From Lama guanicoe (lineage: Eukaryota): 64,000 bases of DNA. Shown here one piece after another: positions 37,880 through 51,179 of this stretch. The stretch is taken from NCBI GenBank assembly GCA_013239625.1, contig MU053482.1, forward strand, positions 2,581,168 to 2,645,167, given 5' to 3'. How positions within the stretch are numbered: the first letter of the stretch is position 1; each line of letters starts with the position of its first letter. The position numbers and the translations under genes were made by a program. Under the pieces are notes generated by a model. That model had not been told where the DNA came from, searched no databases, and saw only the letters and a list, made by a program, of their open reading frames with translations.

Positions 37880-38530
37880 TGACTCTAGGGGTCACACACC
37901 CGACAAGTGGCATGCTGAGCTTCCAACGTAAGTCGTGGGACTCTAAAGACCCCCCGGACTGCCGAGCCTCAACTGCCCCAGCTAAGGGACCCACTCTCTG
38001 CACTGCGGGGTGAGGACTATTTTCCGGAGCTGAGGCCTCAACTCCTCAATTCACTGAGAAGAGCGTAGGCACTGGAGTTCAGGGATGCCTTAGCAAGTTG
38101 CCAATCCCTTCGGGACCTTGGAGCCCGGCACCTACGGGCGGAAGATGGCGCGTGGCGGCAGCGGCCGGAGCTGAGCGGGCCCTGGGCGGAAGCGGCTGAG
38201 TCACGGCGGGGCCGGAACGCAGTCAGCGGGCGGACAGCCCGGCTGCCGGCGGCTCCTGCATCAGTGAGCCGTGACGATGGGCGGCCGCACCTCCAGGGCA
38301 GTCGGGAACCACCCCTGACGGTGACCGGAAGCGCTGAGTCAGCGCAGGCGACACCCGCGGCGCCGGCGGGGAGGGAGGACGCGCGGCTCCAGGGTCCCGG
38401 CGCCTCCGGCTCCTGTGTGCCGCGTCGGAGCACCCTGCGCCCAGGGCTGCGCCGGAGGATCCCGGGCCACCCAGGCACCACCACCCCTCAGAGACCAGAT
38501 TAGGCGCAGGTTTTCGGTGCTCCCGCCTGG
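37880..38530. promoter_or_regulatory. Orphan CpG island with YY1, ETS and AP-1/MARE motifs
   Basis: CpG-dense. GGAAGATGGCG (YY1) near 38140, CGGAAGCGGCTGAGTCAC at 38187-38204, CCGGAAGCGCTGAGTCAGCGC at 38325-38345. No intact coding exon follows. Confidence 0.85.
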
Positions 38531-39491
38531 GGACTGGAATCTGAGACAGAAATTTGACATTTGAAGTAGCCCCAAGCAACAGATGCTCGGTGCAGGTTTC
38601 AGTGGGAGCTCCTGACCCTGTGACAGAAGTGCTGTGTCTCAAAGACCGAGTGGATTTTACTTGCCCGGGACCAAAACTGATTTGCGTGACTCAGTTCCAA
38701 AGTTTAGTAACTAATAGTTAAAACAAAACACACAATTATTTTTTAATGCAAGAGCAAAACTTAACAGAATTCAAAGAGAAAAAATAAACCTTGGTTTCTG
38801 AGATAAAGTTTTAACAAGGTGGGAGCACCATGGAGGGAACTTTCTAGAGACCCCCTGATAAACTTGATCTAAAGGTCTTTCTCCAGTTTCTCCCCACTTC
38901 TACACTACTGAGGCCAGAACCCAGTTTTGTATAGTAATGCTTTATTGTTTTTGTTCAAATTTCTTTTTTTAGTCAAAAAACAATACTATAGAAATTGAGG
39001 GGAGGTGTGCGGAAATAACACCTAATTACAGTCCCTTAACCAGAAACCACAATTACTTTTGCTTTTCTCTTTATGTTAATGTTCAGAAGAAGAGATTTTT
39101 ACGTAGCTGCAACAGAACTATCATTTTCTATTTTACTGTTATCAGGTAATGTTACATTAACATTGGCCCATTTCTCACAGAACTTCAGGATCATTATTTT
39201 AAAGAACTGCATTATGCTCCTCACATAAACTACTAAATTATCCTCCTGTTGGGATGCTTGTAGGTTATTTATTGCTCTTTACTTATATCTAACTGTCGGC
39301 GTTTGTCCTTCACCTGGAAACATTCTCACTAGGCAAAATGGTGGAACCATATGAGGACAAGTGGCTGCCAACCATTGCATTTTCTTTTTAAGGGTTGGCA
39401 TCATTTCCCCAAATCATCTTTTGATATTTTATCCCTCTTGGATAATCACAGCCTTTCTTTAATACTATAAGGTATACATTTAAAAAGATTA

Positions 39492-39675
39492 GACCTATAA
39501 ACAACAAGGTCCTACTGTATAGCACAGGAAACTACTCAATAGGTAGTAATAACCTACAATGAAAAAGAATATTTGTATATGTATAAATGAATCACTGTGC
39601 TGTACACCAGAAACTAACACAACATTGTAAATCAATTATACTTCAATAAAATAAATAAATAAGATAAATAAAAAT
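39492..39675 (+). mobile_element. Short L1 3' end
   Basis: aacaacaaggtcctactgtatagcacagg... with an (aaata)n tail, TSD taaaaagatta. Confidence 0.85.
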
Positions 39676-39769
39676 AAAAAGATTACACTCTTGCAGGAGT
39701 CTGACAGAAGTGGGATTCAGAGTTCTGTTGTGAGACAGTTTCAGATTTTCATCAAGCAGTTTGTGTTCA

Positions 39770-39960
39770 AGTGCTACTGTCTTCTGTGTGACTCAGAACA
39801 AGTTACTTAACCTATCTCAGCCTCAGTTTTCTCATCTGAAAAATGGGATAATAATAGTACATACTTCATAAATTGCTGAGAGAATTAAATGAGATCATAT
39901 TTGTAAAGCCAATGTTAGAATGATGCCTGCACATAGTGATCAATAAATGGTTACTTATAA
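39770..39960 (+). mobile_element. MIR
   Basis: caagttacttaacctatctcagcctcagttttctcatctgaaaaatgggataata. Confidence 0.8.
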
Positions 39961-40290
39961 ATAAATATTACCGTCTTTTTGCTATTCAGGAGAACAATGT
40001 CTCTGTACTAAGTAATGACAGGCACATCGCCACGGCCACCAAAGTTGAAATGGTAGAAGGGTTTCCTTTTAAATTTTTCCCATCATTTGAAAGTCAACTT
40101 GATGTGTAAGTCTTCTTAACCAGAACAGTAATTTTATAAAGAAAATGGAGAAAGCTGAAAATAGGTATAAAGTCACAAGATCTTTTGAACAAAGTTTCAT
40201 GTTTAGAAACTTGGACCTATCTGGGGCAGTGGGACTGAAGGTCGGGGAGGGGAGAAGAAGAAGATCAAGAAGCTGTTACTTTTCATCTTT

Positions 40291-40398
40291 TTAAAAAAAT
40301 TTTTTCTTTGGGGAGGAGTTAATGAGGATTGATTGATTTAAATAGAGGTATTGGGGATTGAACCTAGGGCCTCGTACATGCTAGGCACAAGGTCTACC
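40291..40398 (-). mobile_element. Vic-1-like SINE
   Basis: TSD ctgtta.(t)tttcatctt. Confidence 0.88.
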
Positions 40399-41221
40399 AC
40401 TGAGCTATACCTTTCCCCTGTTAATTTCATCTTAAGCTCTTATGCATTACTTTGTAACCATGCTTATATATTACTTACTTTTTCCCTGTTTTGGATCTGT
40501 GGCCTGAATGCTTGCTTTTGAGTTAGTCGGCTTGTTGGTTCTTCAAACTGAAAACTAATCTGAGTCCCACATGTGATTCTGGTGTAACACACATTAGAAT
40601 TTTGCTTTTTCATTTTTCTTTTTTAGGCACTGTTTCCAGCTGGTGCTATTCATCCATCCATTTGACATGTATTTGTTAAGTGATTATGATGTGCCAGGCA
40701 CTGTGCTTGGAAATGAAGACATTCTTCAAGCAGACAACCAAAATTTACAACACATTGTTTGCCAGCTACATAGAATGAATTTTTGTTAAAGACTTACATA
40801 ATTGCTGGTCCTTGACCTTGTGCTAGTGAATCTTGAGATGATCTGACAGAATGTAGCTTTCTTCACGACAGAGCTGGACCTAGAACATTCTATTTTAGAC
40901 TTCAGAGTCCTGCAAATGTGAAATAGAGATAAGACTAATTTTGGGCGCTGTGGTGAGGGAATCTCTTCCACCAACACTGCTTTTCTGGAGCTCTGCCCAA
41001 AGATAATGTTATACCAAAGGGCCCTGTGGGCACTTTGTTGAAGAAATTATTCGACTCAAGTCAATTCACTTAAAAAAATCATGTACTGAGTGCTTACTAC
41101 TTATAAGCACTGGGGTAGGAGTGGGAGATGAGTCAAATATAAAAACAACACAGACCCTGAAGCTCATTATCCTTTGAGATCTTAAATCTTCCTGAAGATT
41201 GCTCTGATCTAGGCACTTCTT

Positions 41222-41345
41222 GGGGGTGGGGATGCTGAGTTGGTGGAGCTCAGTTGGTGGTGAGCATGCTGAGCATGCATGAGGTACTTGGTTGAATTCC
41301 CAGTACCTCCATTTGAGGAAAAAAAAAAAAAAGAAAGAAACCAAA
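41222..41345 (+). mobile_element. Diverged Vic-1-like SINE
   Basis: gagctcagttggtgg...gcatgcatgaggtacttggttgaattcccagtacctcc plus A tail, TSD aggcacttct. Confidence 0.8.
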
Positions 41346-41773
41346 ATGATCCAGGCACTTCTGTTTTAAAAGTCTTGAATGGGTCTCTTTTGCTTTTAAT
41401 TTTTTTTCTCATGTCAAAAGGCACTAAATTTAAATGAGTACTGGACACTATGCTAGGGGTTGATGATACCATTTCAAAAAATTACCTTACTTAAAGAAAA
41501 AAAATTACATTATTGGTTGCAGTGTTGTTGATGGTATCTTCATCACGAACACAACACACATACCAGTCTGAATTATAGCTGCAACATCAATAACTTTGCT
41601 ATATACTATTGCAAGCATCTGACGACTGCTTTATGACTTCTAGTGTAGCTGTCCATGAGAAACTGCATATTGAAATACACATTATTTTATTATAAAGCAT
41701 TTTCCTTTTACTTCTTCCTTGCATAACAGTTAAATCACTATATTGATTTTTTTTAAAAATATGTATGTGTTGT

Positions 41774-42175
41774 GGGGAGGGTATAACTCAATTAATAGAG
41801 TGCCTGTTTAGCATGCATGAGGTCCTGGGTTCAATCCCCAGTACCTCCATTTAAAAAAAAAAAGTAAATAAACCTAATTACCTCCCCCCCAACAACAACA
41901 ACAATAAATAAGCAACAAAATTTTTTTTCAAATAAATAAATAAATAAAATATGTGTGTGTCATTAGCCTATAATATCTATGGACCTCATTAAGAATAGTT
42001 GAGGGGGGAGGGTAATAGCCCAGTGGTAGAGCACATGCTTAGCATGCACAAGGTCCTGGGTTCAGTCCCCAGTACCTCCATTAAAATAAAAACAAAACAA
42101 AACAAAAAATCTCCCACAGTCTCATCCCCAGTACCACCATTAAAAAAAAAAAGAGTAATAAAAAAATTTTTTTTA
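41774..42175 (+). mobile_element. Two adjacent Vic-1-like SINEs (41774-41946, 42001-42175)
   Basis: Two heads, each with an A-rich tail. First TSD aaaatatgt.tgtgt. Confidence 0.9.
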
Positions 42176-42499
42176 AGAATTAAAAAAACAAAAGTAGAGA
42201 GGACATTACAAAAAGATGTCTGATAGGGTTGAGAAAAACTGGCCTAGTCAAATCTTAATGATTGATCCTAGCACTTATGGCCATCATTGTCTTGTCTCAG
42301 GTTTATTTCTCTTTGCTATACCTAGGATCAGGCCAGGTTGCTTCACTTGATATTCCCAGTTTTGGAGCAATGCCTTCCACTCTCACAGCTCTGAGGTCAC
42401 CTTGTTCTATGCCATTGGGCTCTGTCACCTTTGACACATCTAATTGATCAGTCTATTCATAGTTTGTCCAATTGCTCAAGAGAGATGCTCAATAAGAAT

Positions 42500-42932
42500 A
42501 ATAATAATTAACCAGATCAATCAAATGTTCTCTTGCCAGGATTGAATTTGAGACCCAGACAGTCAAGTAGTTAATGGCAGGGTCAGAAGCTGAAAGACAC
42601 ATAGAGAAAAAACTGTAACCAGAAGTTATGACACAGCAGAAGTCAGGAGTAAACAGAACTCTTGAGTATGCAGAAACAAAATGAGAAGTTAAGTGGTATA
42701 GCAGGAGCAGCAGATGCAGAGATAACATCCTTACATAGTGGCAGACCATACAAAGGGGTCCAGACAGAATACCTGATCCCTGGAGCTGCCTTGGATCCAC
42801 TATAACCTTTCAGTTCCCAGACGGAATTTAATCCCCTACAAAGCCTCAGTCCTACATGATTGAGATTACTGTCTTCTTTATTTTCCCACATAGCCTTTAT
42901 CACTTAAGGTAATGTGATCTTTGCAACCAAAG
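42500..42932 (+). mobile_element. Old MaLR (MLT1-type) LTR fragment
   Basis: ccaatc-like start, ...gatctttgcaaccaaagatcctaa end. Confidence 0.5.
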
Positions 42933-44617
42933 ATCCTAATTACCACCTTCTCCAAATCATGCTCTCCCATTTCTGTGCCTCTGCCGTCTCCTCTGCTTAC
43001 AGTGTTCTTCCCTCACAGTCTAGTTTTTGCATATTTCAGTGTTATGTATCCAGAGTGCAGCTCAGATGCCACCTCCTCCATCCTGATATTTTAGCTGCAA
43101 GTAATGGCTCAGCTGCAAGTAATAGCTTCCTCTCTCCTCGGAGCTCCCATTTCTACTTTTAAGAATATTTCTCACTCCCAACTCTGTTATATGAGCATCA
43201 CCTCTATTAGATTAGAAGTACCTTGAAGTAAATACAATGACAATTGCATCTCCTACCTTTATAACAGAGCTAGATAGAGCCATACATAAAATAGGTGCTT
43301 AATTATTTACTACTCCTTCTACTGGTACGTTGCCTATCTTCTCCCCATTTCTCAGATCTTAATTCTTTCATGGTGTCAGTTATCTTTAAGAACATGGCAC
43401 TGAACCAGGACTGGCTTGCACATAGTAGAGTTTCAATATACATTTGCTGAATGGAAGATCCAACTTTCACTTGATATCTAGGTCAGCATCATGTCCTGTT
43501 CACTGGACATCACAAAGATATACAGAAATATTTCAAATTAAGTATTTTCATTAGCAAAACATGCTCCTCCTACTGTATTATTGGTTTCTTCTAATGGCAT
43601 TACTACCATCCAAGTCACTCAGACTTAAAAACCTTAAGTCAATCAAACAAACCAAAACCAAAACCAAACAACAACAACAACAAAACCAAGCTGAATTTGA
43701 CCCATAGGTCAAACACCTGGTCTAGAACCCTAGAAACATGTGGCAATTCTCCTTTTGTAGCTTATAAGAGACACCACACAGTGGTTCTCCTTACCATGGA
43801 TTCCTCTGGTGTATCACATCTACTGAGTCACATGACCCAAGTGGCAGGACAGCTTTCTCTGTTGCTTGCAACTGCTACAGAGCATACAGTTGCTTGGACC
43901 TCTGTAACAAGGCCCTCTCTTGCTCTTCGTCTCACTCAAAAGTGGGAGCTTTTCTAGATACTCAATAAACAAATAAAATAGTATTCCCAAAATGGTACAT
44001 GCTGCTCTCATAATTAAAAGAGGTCCACCAAGCAGTTTCTTTTGCTATTTCTTAGCATAGGGTGGAGCAACTTGGGATGCCACAAACCACTGGATCCCTA
44101 AACACTTTACTGATGTGGCAGTCTCTTAAATTTTCATGCATTTACATGGCCTACGTATATATTACTAGGGCTTTTGGGGGAATATTTATCACTCCTGTTC
44201 ACCAGGCTCAATTAGTATGATGTTTTTAATATCAGACCAGTGTGATGGTCTGTAGAATGTTAAGCGATCAAGGCCACTACAGACTATACAGTGATAGAGC
44301 AGGAGAGTTAAATAAAACAATCCTGGGGCAAGACAATAAATGGGTACTAATGTCTTTTCCACTAAAGACAAACTGATTTTGCTCCTTAACTTTCTACAGA
44401 GCCATCGCCACTTACTAATCGCTAGAAGCTGTGCTGATGGGTTGCTAGTTCCTTGTATTCAAACTTCAAAACAGCCATCCCCAGCAGGATATTAGGACCA
44501 GCTCCAAGTGTGCTCTTGCCAGAACTCTGAATCTGAGTCTTGGCAAGTGCCTCCATGTCAATAAATTCTCACCTATTTAGTCTTATATTCCACTCCCTTC
44601 AAGATACACTCCTTCGG

Positions 44618-45044
<427 letters not shown>

Positions 45045-47433
45045 AAGATACACTCCTTCGGTTTCTGTTGGGACATTATAGCAAAATCCTATACTTTTGG
45101 TGTGTAATTTATTTTCTCCTGGAGTAGAAAGGATATTCCCCCTCCTGGGCTATGCTGAGACATAACCCTGTTATCAGTATAATGAGCCTGGAGCATCTGC
45201 CTCAGGTTAAATCTTTGCGGGGTCCTCAAGTGAGGGGAGGCTCTTCTCCTTCAGCTAGGGCAGGGAGCTGCTTCTGCTAGCCTGGAGGATTTTAAGAGAA
45301 TCCAGAGGTTCAAAATTCTCATGCTTATCACACACACCCACAAAAAATTCTAATGCTTATCCATCTATGTATCTTTGTCCCAGATCTGGGGTCCACCTTC
45401 TTCCTATTAGGGACTGGCTTTGACTTAAGAGATCTATTGAGGCTTTGAAGCAATGCTACCTTTCTGATGAGAACCCAGGCCCAGTTTTCAGCACAGGCTG
45501 CCCTATTAGTTCAGGCATTGAGTCTCCTGAAATGCTTTTCCGAATGAAATGTCATAAAGGCCCTCTTGATTTCACAGCTTAGCTAAAGTTGTTGATTGGC
45601 TGACAGGAGTTTGTCTTTTTCCTTTTTTCTTTAAGTTTCCTAATGTTTACAGTGTTAAAAAAGTGAACCCCCTCCACAGTCTTCATAATAATCACCACCT
45701 CATACTCTTCCTGAGCTGTGACCATGGTATACTTAGCCAACATTTCCCTTTCACCTGCACCTTATCCAAATCACCCTTAGTAAATGCCGTGCTACACAGG
45801 TCAGAGGTATCACTAATCCAGTTTTCAACAACAATGGAGTCCTCATTAGGTGATGCAATTCCTTCCTAAGATTCTGCTTTCTAAGACCATTTTATGTAAC
45901 ACCTTTCTTAGCGTGCGTTGCCCTGAGAGCAGAGCCTGAGACAAAATCTTACGTGATTACTTCAGAGTGTGATTTCAGAGGGCAGAAGTGAGGGACAACG
46001 TGGATTAAAACAAGGAAAGAGGAAGAAGCCAATATAAAGGTGGGCTGTGCAGTTAGCTACTGTTCTGGACAATTGGGTACTAGATCCTGTGAGACCAACT
46101 GAGGGATTATTTGCAATGCATCTCAGGACTATCCACCTAAGGGAGGAAAGAGAGAAACATTTATTTGTCCATTCCTGTTCTCATTGGTTAAGGGTTGCCT
46201 CACAAGGCTTAAACCTCCTTGGCCACTTCTGGGTTGTGATGTGGAAATACCCAGCAGGTGCCCACAGGATCCCAAGAAATGTAATCAGACAAGACCTTGG
46301 ATAGGAAGTGACAGGTAAACTTCAGGCCTGGAATGAGGAGCTGTCAAGTTGCACCTGCATGAAGGTGGTTGAAACTGCACAGAATTGGTCACTACAGCTA
46401 TAGCTAGGAGGATTAGAAGTCATGCATAAGTGCTATATGAAAGCTTTATGTGCATTTTCCCATTTCTCACAACTCACTGAGATAAATACCATTATTACTT
46501 AAATTTTCATAATGAGAAACTGAGTCTCATTGAGCTTAAATAACTTGCTCAAGGTCATACCACCACCTACCATGTGGTATAGTTCAGATTCAAATTCAAG
46601 CTTTCTGATTCAAACCTGAGCTTTCTAACCACTCTACAGTACTCTCTTAAAAAGTATTTTAACCTGTAGCACAAAGCCTAACATAATGCTTTTCCATTTT
46701 GGCACTAACTGACCTTTCTGAATTCCTCTCTCATTACTGTCCTCCCCTTTCCACTTTGAAATGCCATGTACTGTCATTATTCTGTCCCTGTATACACCTG
46801 CTATGCCTTCTTACTGCAATGCTCTTCATTCTAACCCATTTAGAGTAGTATCTCTTTCTCATCCTCTAAGTTCAGGAATCATGATATATAGTCAGCTGAA
46901 AAGTCCTCCTAGACTGCTTACAAATTAATAATTTTGACGTATATGGTCCTTCCATTTTCCTGCCTTGCTTTTTTCCTTCTTTCCTTACTACTTTTTTGGA
47001 TCTCAGATGTGAAGAGTTGAGTTAATTATAATCTCAGTTCATAGCACATTATCATCGTGGTCCATGTGAGACCGCCCTCTCCCTTTCCCCCCCTTCGTTT
47101 GTGACTTATTATCTCTTTCTCTTCGATGGGCAACTATTTTCATATGTTTGATGTGTATCCTTAATTAATCATTATCCTTGTAGAACATAAAATATTATTT
47201 TGTGTAAGTACTTTTAAATGTCAATTTTTAATGAAAAAAATTACTGAGATAAAGAGAATCATTTCATGATGATAAAGCTTCAGTTCCCCCTGTAAATAAC
47301 ACAGTCCCAGATATGTAGTACAAACTGACTGACAGAATTCTAAGAATACATTTAGAAATCCACATCATAGGTGATTTTTTTTTAATATTTGAAGAAATGA
47401 AGAGGAGTTAGGAAAGAAAAAGACTACTAAGAA

Positions 47434-47768
47434 TGTTACAGGCTGAATAGCATCCTCTCCAAAATTCATACATTAAAGCTTTAACTATCAGAATGTGTTT
47501 GGAAATAGGGCGTTAAAAGAGGTAAAGTTAAAGTGAAGCCATTAGCCCTAATCCAACCTGACTGGTGTCTTTATAAGAAGAGGTTAGGATGCACAAAAAG
47601 AGACACCAGGGGTGCAGTGTCTATAAAGGAAACACTCTGTGAGGACACAGTGAGAAACAGCCATTTCCAAGCCAAGGAGAGAAGCCTCAGGAGAAACCAA
47701 CCCTGCTGCCACCTTGATCTTGGACTTTTGGCCTCCAGAACTGTGAGAAAATAAATTTCTGTTGTTTA
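47434..47768 (+). mobile_element. MaLR LTR (MLT1A/B-type)
   Basis: tgttacaggctgaat...ccctaatccaacctgactggtgtctttataagaagagg...ggcctccagaactgtgagaaaataaatttctgttgttta. Confidence 0.88.
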
Positions 47769-47899
47769 GGGGGAAAAAATGTGACAATGGGATATTTTTT
47801 ATTTTTTAACTTTTTATTTTGGTATTTTTAATTTTTAAAATTTTAATTGTTTTTTGTGGGGGGAGGTTTATTTATTTTAATTTTTTATTTATCATTTTT

Positions 47900-50510
47900 T
47901 TAATTTTCAGACTTTAGAAGAAGAGTTCAAGAATTCCCATATACCCTTTACCCTGACTTCTCAATGTTAACATTTTACCACATTTGCTGTACCATTCTCT
48001 CTGCATATATTTCCTCCTTTCTTTTTCCTGAATGTATTTTTTTCTTGAGAGTAAGTTGCAGACATGATACCCCTTTAATGCTAAAGTCTTCTATGTGTAT
48101 TTCCTAAAAATATATTAGGTCATCTTTGAGGACTTGTTTTTAGATTTTGTCAACTTGAATCTAGCACTGGTTTGGAGTCATATGATATATATTTTTGTGT
48201 GTTACTTCTTTCATTCAGCATTGTCAGGGAGATTCACCCATTCTATGTGTGTATCAGTAGTTTGTCCTTTTTTGTTGTAATGTAGTATTCCACTGTATGA
48301 CTTTATTTATCCATTCTATTAGTAGATATTTGGGTCATTTCCAGTTTTGAGCAATCACAAAGAACACTGCTACAAACATTCTTCTGCATGTCTTTTGACA
48401 GATATAAACTCTAGTTTCTTTAGGGTGTACATCCAGGGTCATATGTATGCTTAGTTTTTAGTTGGACCTGCCAAAAACACTTACCCAAAGTGATTGTTCC
48501 AAGTTACACTCCACCTGCAATGCATGAGAGTTCCAGTCGTTCCACATCTTAACCAACACTTTGTATTGTCAATCACTTAAATTTTAGACATTCTTTAGAT
48601 GGTTAATGCTACTTTATGGTGGTTTTAATTTGCATTTCTTTGATGACTTAATGATGTTGAACACATTTTTATATGTCTATTGTCCCTTTTGTTTTTCTCT
48701 TTTTCTCTTGTGAGATGTCGATTTAAGTCTTTTGTATATTTTTAAATTGAGTTGTCTAGTTCTTTTTTTTTTTTTTACTGATTTGTAGGAATGCTTTATA
48801 TATTCTGGATATAAGTCCTTAGGTACTTGGATTTCCATATTTTATCAGCTTGCCACGATTTATTTATTATTTTAAAATAACCTTTTAATTTAGAATAGCT
48901 TTGCAGAATTACTGCAAAGATAGAACAGAGTTCCACTATACTCCACATCTAGTTTCCTCTATTATTAACATCTTATGTTGGTATGGTACATCTGTCACAA
49001 TTAATGAAACACTACTGATACATTATTATTAACTGAAGTCCATACCTTATTTAGATGTCCTGTTTTCCCTAAAGTCCTTTTTGTCATCTAGGATCCCATC
49101 TAGGATGCTACATGGCATTTCACATGTCTACTTAGACTCCTCTTGGTTACGATATTTATTATTTTTCAAAACTTTATTATTATGCAATTATAGAATCACA
49201 GGAAGTTGCAAAGAAAGTACAGAGAAGTCCTTCATCCACTTTCCCCATTACATCTTATATTAGCACAATATTAAAACCAGGAAATTGACATTCGTACAAT
49301 GTGTGTGTATAGTTCTATGTCATATTCTCAAATGTGTAGGTTCATGTAGCTACCACTGCAGTCAAGATACAGAGCTATTCCATAATCACATCTTCCTTGT
49401 GCTACCCTCTTTTTAGTCATACCACTTCTTTTCCCCCCATATTCACCACCATATCTAACCCTTGATAACCACTCATTTGGTCTCCACTTACACACTTTTT
49501 TCATTTTGCTACTATTGATTTTTTAATTGATTCTATTTTTTTAGAGAAGCTTTAGGTTTATAGAAAAAGTGATTAGAAAGTACAGGGAGTTCACATATAT
49601 CCCTTCACCACTCCCCGCACAATTTCCTCTATCTTTAACATCTTGTGTTAGTGTGGTACGTTTCTTATAACTGATGAGCTGATACTGACATATTATTAAC
49701 TGATGTCCATAGTTTACTATAGTGTTCATTCTTTTTGTTGTACATTCTATGGATTTGACAAGTGTATAATAACATAAATCCACTAGCACAGTATCATACA
49801 GAATAGTTTCAGTCCTAAAAATCCTCTGTGCTCCACCAATTCATCCCTCTCTCCCTCCCCTGAGTCCATGGCAACCACTAATCTTTTCTCTTTTTTCATA
49901 GTTTTGCCTATTCCAGGACGTTACACAGTCAGAATCATATAGTATGTAGTCTTTTCATATTGGCTTCATTCACTTAACTGTATGCATTTAAGCTTCCTCT
50001 GTGTCTTTTTGTGGTTTGATCATTCATTTCTTTTTATTGCTCAGTAATATTCCATTGTATGGATTTACTGTGCTTTGTTTATCCATTCACCTTTTGAAAA
50101 AACATCTTGGTTGCTTCCAAGTTTTGGCAATTATGAATAAACTTGCAATAAATATTTATGTACAGATTTTTATTTATATGTGAATTTTCAACTCATTTGG
50201 GTAAATACCAAGGAGTGTGATTGCTGGATCATATGGTAAGAGTATGTTTAGTTTTGTAAGAAACTGCCAAACTGTCTTTCAAAGTGGCTCTACCATTTTG
50301 CATTTCCATGCAGCAAATGAGAGTTCTTGTCACTCCACATTCTTGTCAGCATTTGGTGTTGTCAGTGCTTTGGATTTTAGCCATATACTACAATAGTTGT
50401 ACAGTGATATCTTGTTGTTTTAATTTGCAATTCCCTAATGACATATGATGTTGAGCATCTTTTCACATACTTATCTGCCATCTGCCTTCTTTGAAGTATC
50501 TGTTCAAATT
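47900..50510 (-). mobile_element. Cluster of nested old L1 (L1MB/MC/ME-type) 3' fragments
   Basis: Repeated reverse L1 motifs (ttgcttccaagttttggcaattatgaataaa; aactgccaaactgtctttcaaagtggc). Confidence 0.8.
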
Positions 50511-51179
50511 ACCATTGGTTAAGTTACCTGCACTCTTTGAACTCTGCATGCAGGACTTGTGCCAATTGCTTGATATACATGATCTTACAACAATCTAACG
50601 ATAGAATTGCTGTTGTTCCTATTTTATAGAAAAGAAAATTAAGGCCCTCAGTCATGTCAAAACTAGGAAGTTGTAGAGTCAAGATTCAACACATGTCTGT
50701 TTGCCTTTGAGGGTAATGTTCCCTCTACTAAATCATAATGGTATTGAAGCTCTATGGCTAAATAGAATAATTTTTGCAAGTTAAAAGCTAGTTTTTTTTC
50801 TGGGTCAGTTCTCAATTAGATTGTCTTCCTAGAAAATGAAATCTACCAAATAAGCACCCGCAGGCCTCCTTCCTAGGAAATGGGTAATCTGACCTCAGGT
50901 CAGAGTTTTCCGAGAATTGGGGTCAAAGCTACATGTGTTCTGACTTTGTTTCCCTTTTCAATCTGCTTGTTGTGCTGGCTCTGCATATTAAAGGACTGTG
51001 CAAAGTAAGCATCTCTCTCCCACATTATGAGTGAGCAGGTAAAAGGAAACTTTTTCACTGTAAATTTAAAGAATAATCCTGATATGTGATTTCTCCTTTG
51101 ATCTTCATGATTATCCTGAACACTTTGGGTGATAAAGAGAATATCCACCTGTCCACAGTAGCTAAAAATTGCACAAAGA

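Larger units (their letters stand above)
12948..38100 (-). pseudogene. Putative unitary pseudogene: multi-exon Ginger1/GIN-type integrase + Ulp1-like protease gene
   Basis: Colinear series of AG/GT-bounded unique segments whose corrected translations give integrase N-terminus, core, GPY/F-like and Ulp1-like motifs in order. By-eye alignment only. Confidence 0.65.

Noticed and set aside
38038..38642. ORFs of 78-148 aa in the orphan CpG island, and the ATG inside the YY1 motif
   Set aside because: Low-complexity Arg/Pro/Ala/Gly translations. The YY1 ATG gives only 9 codons.
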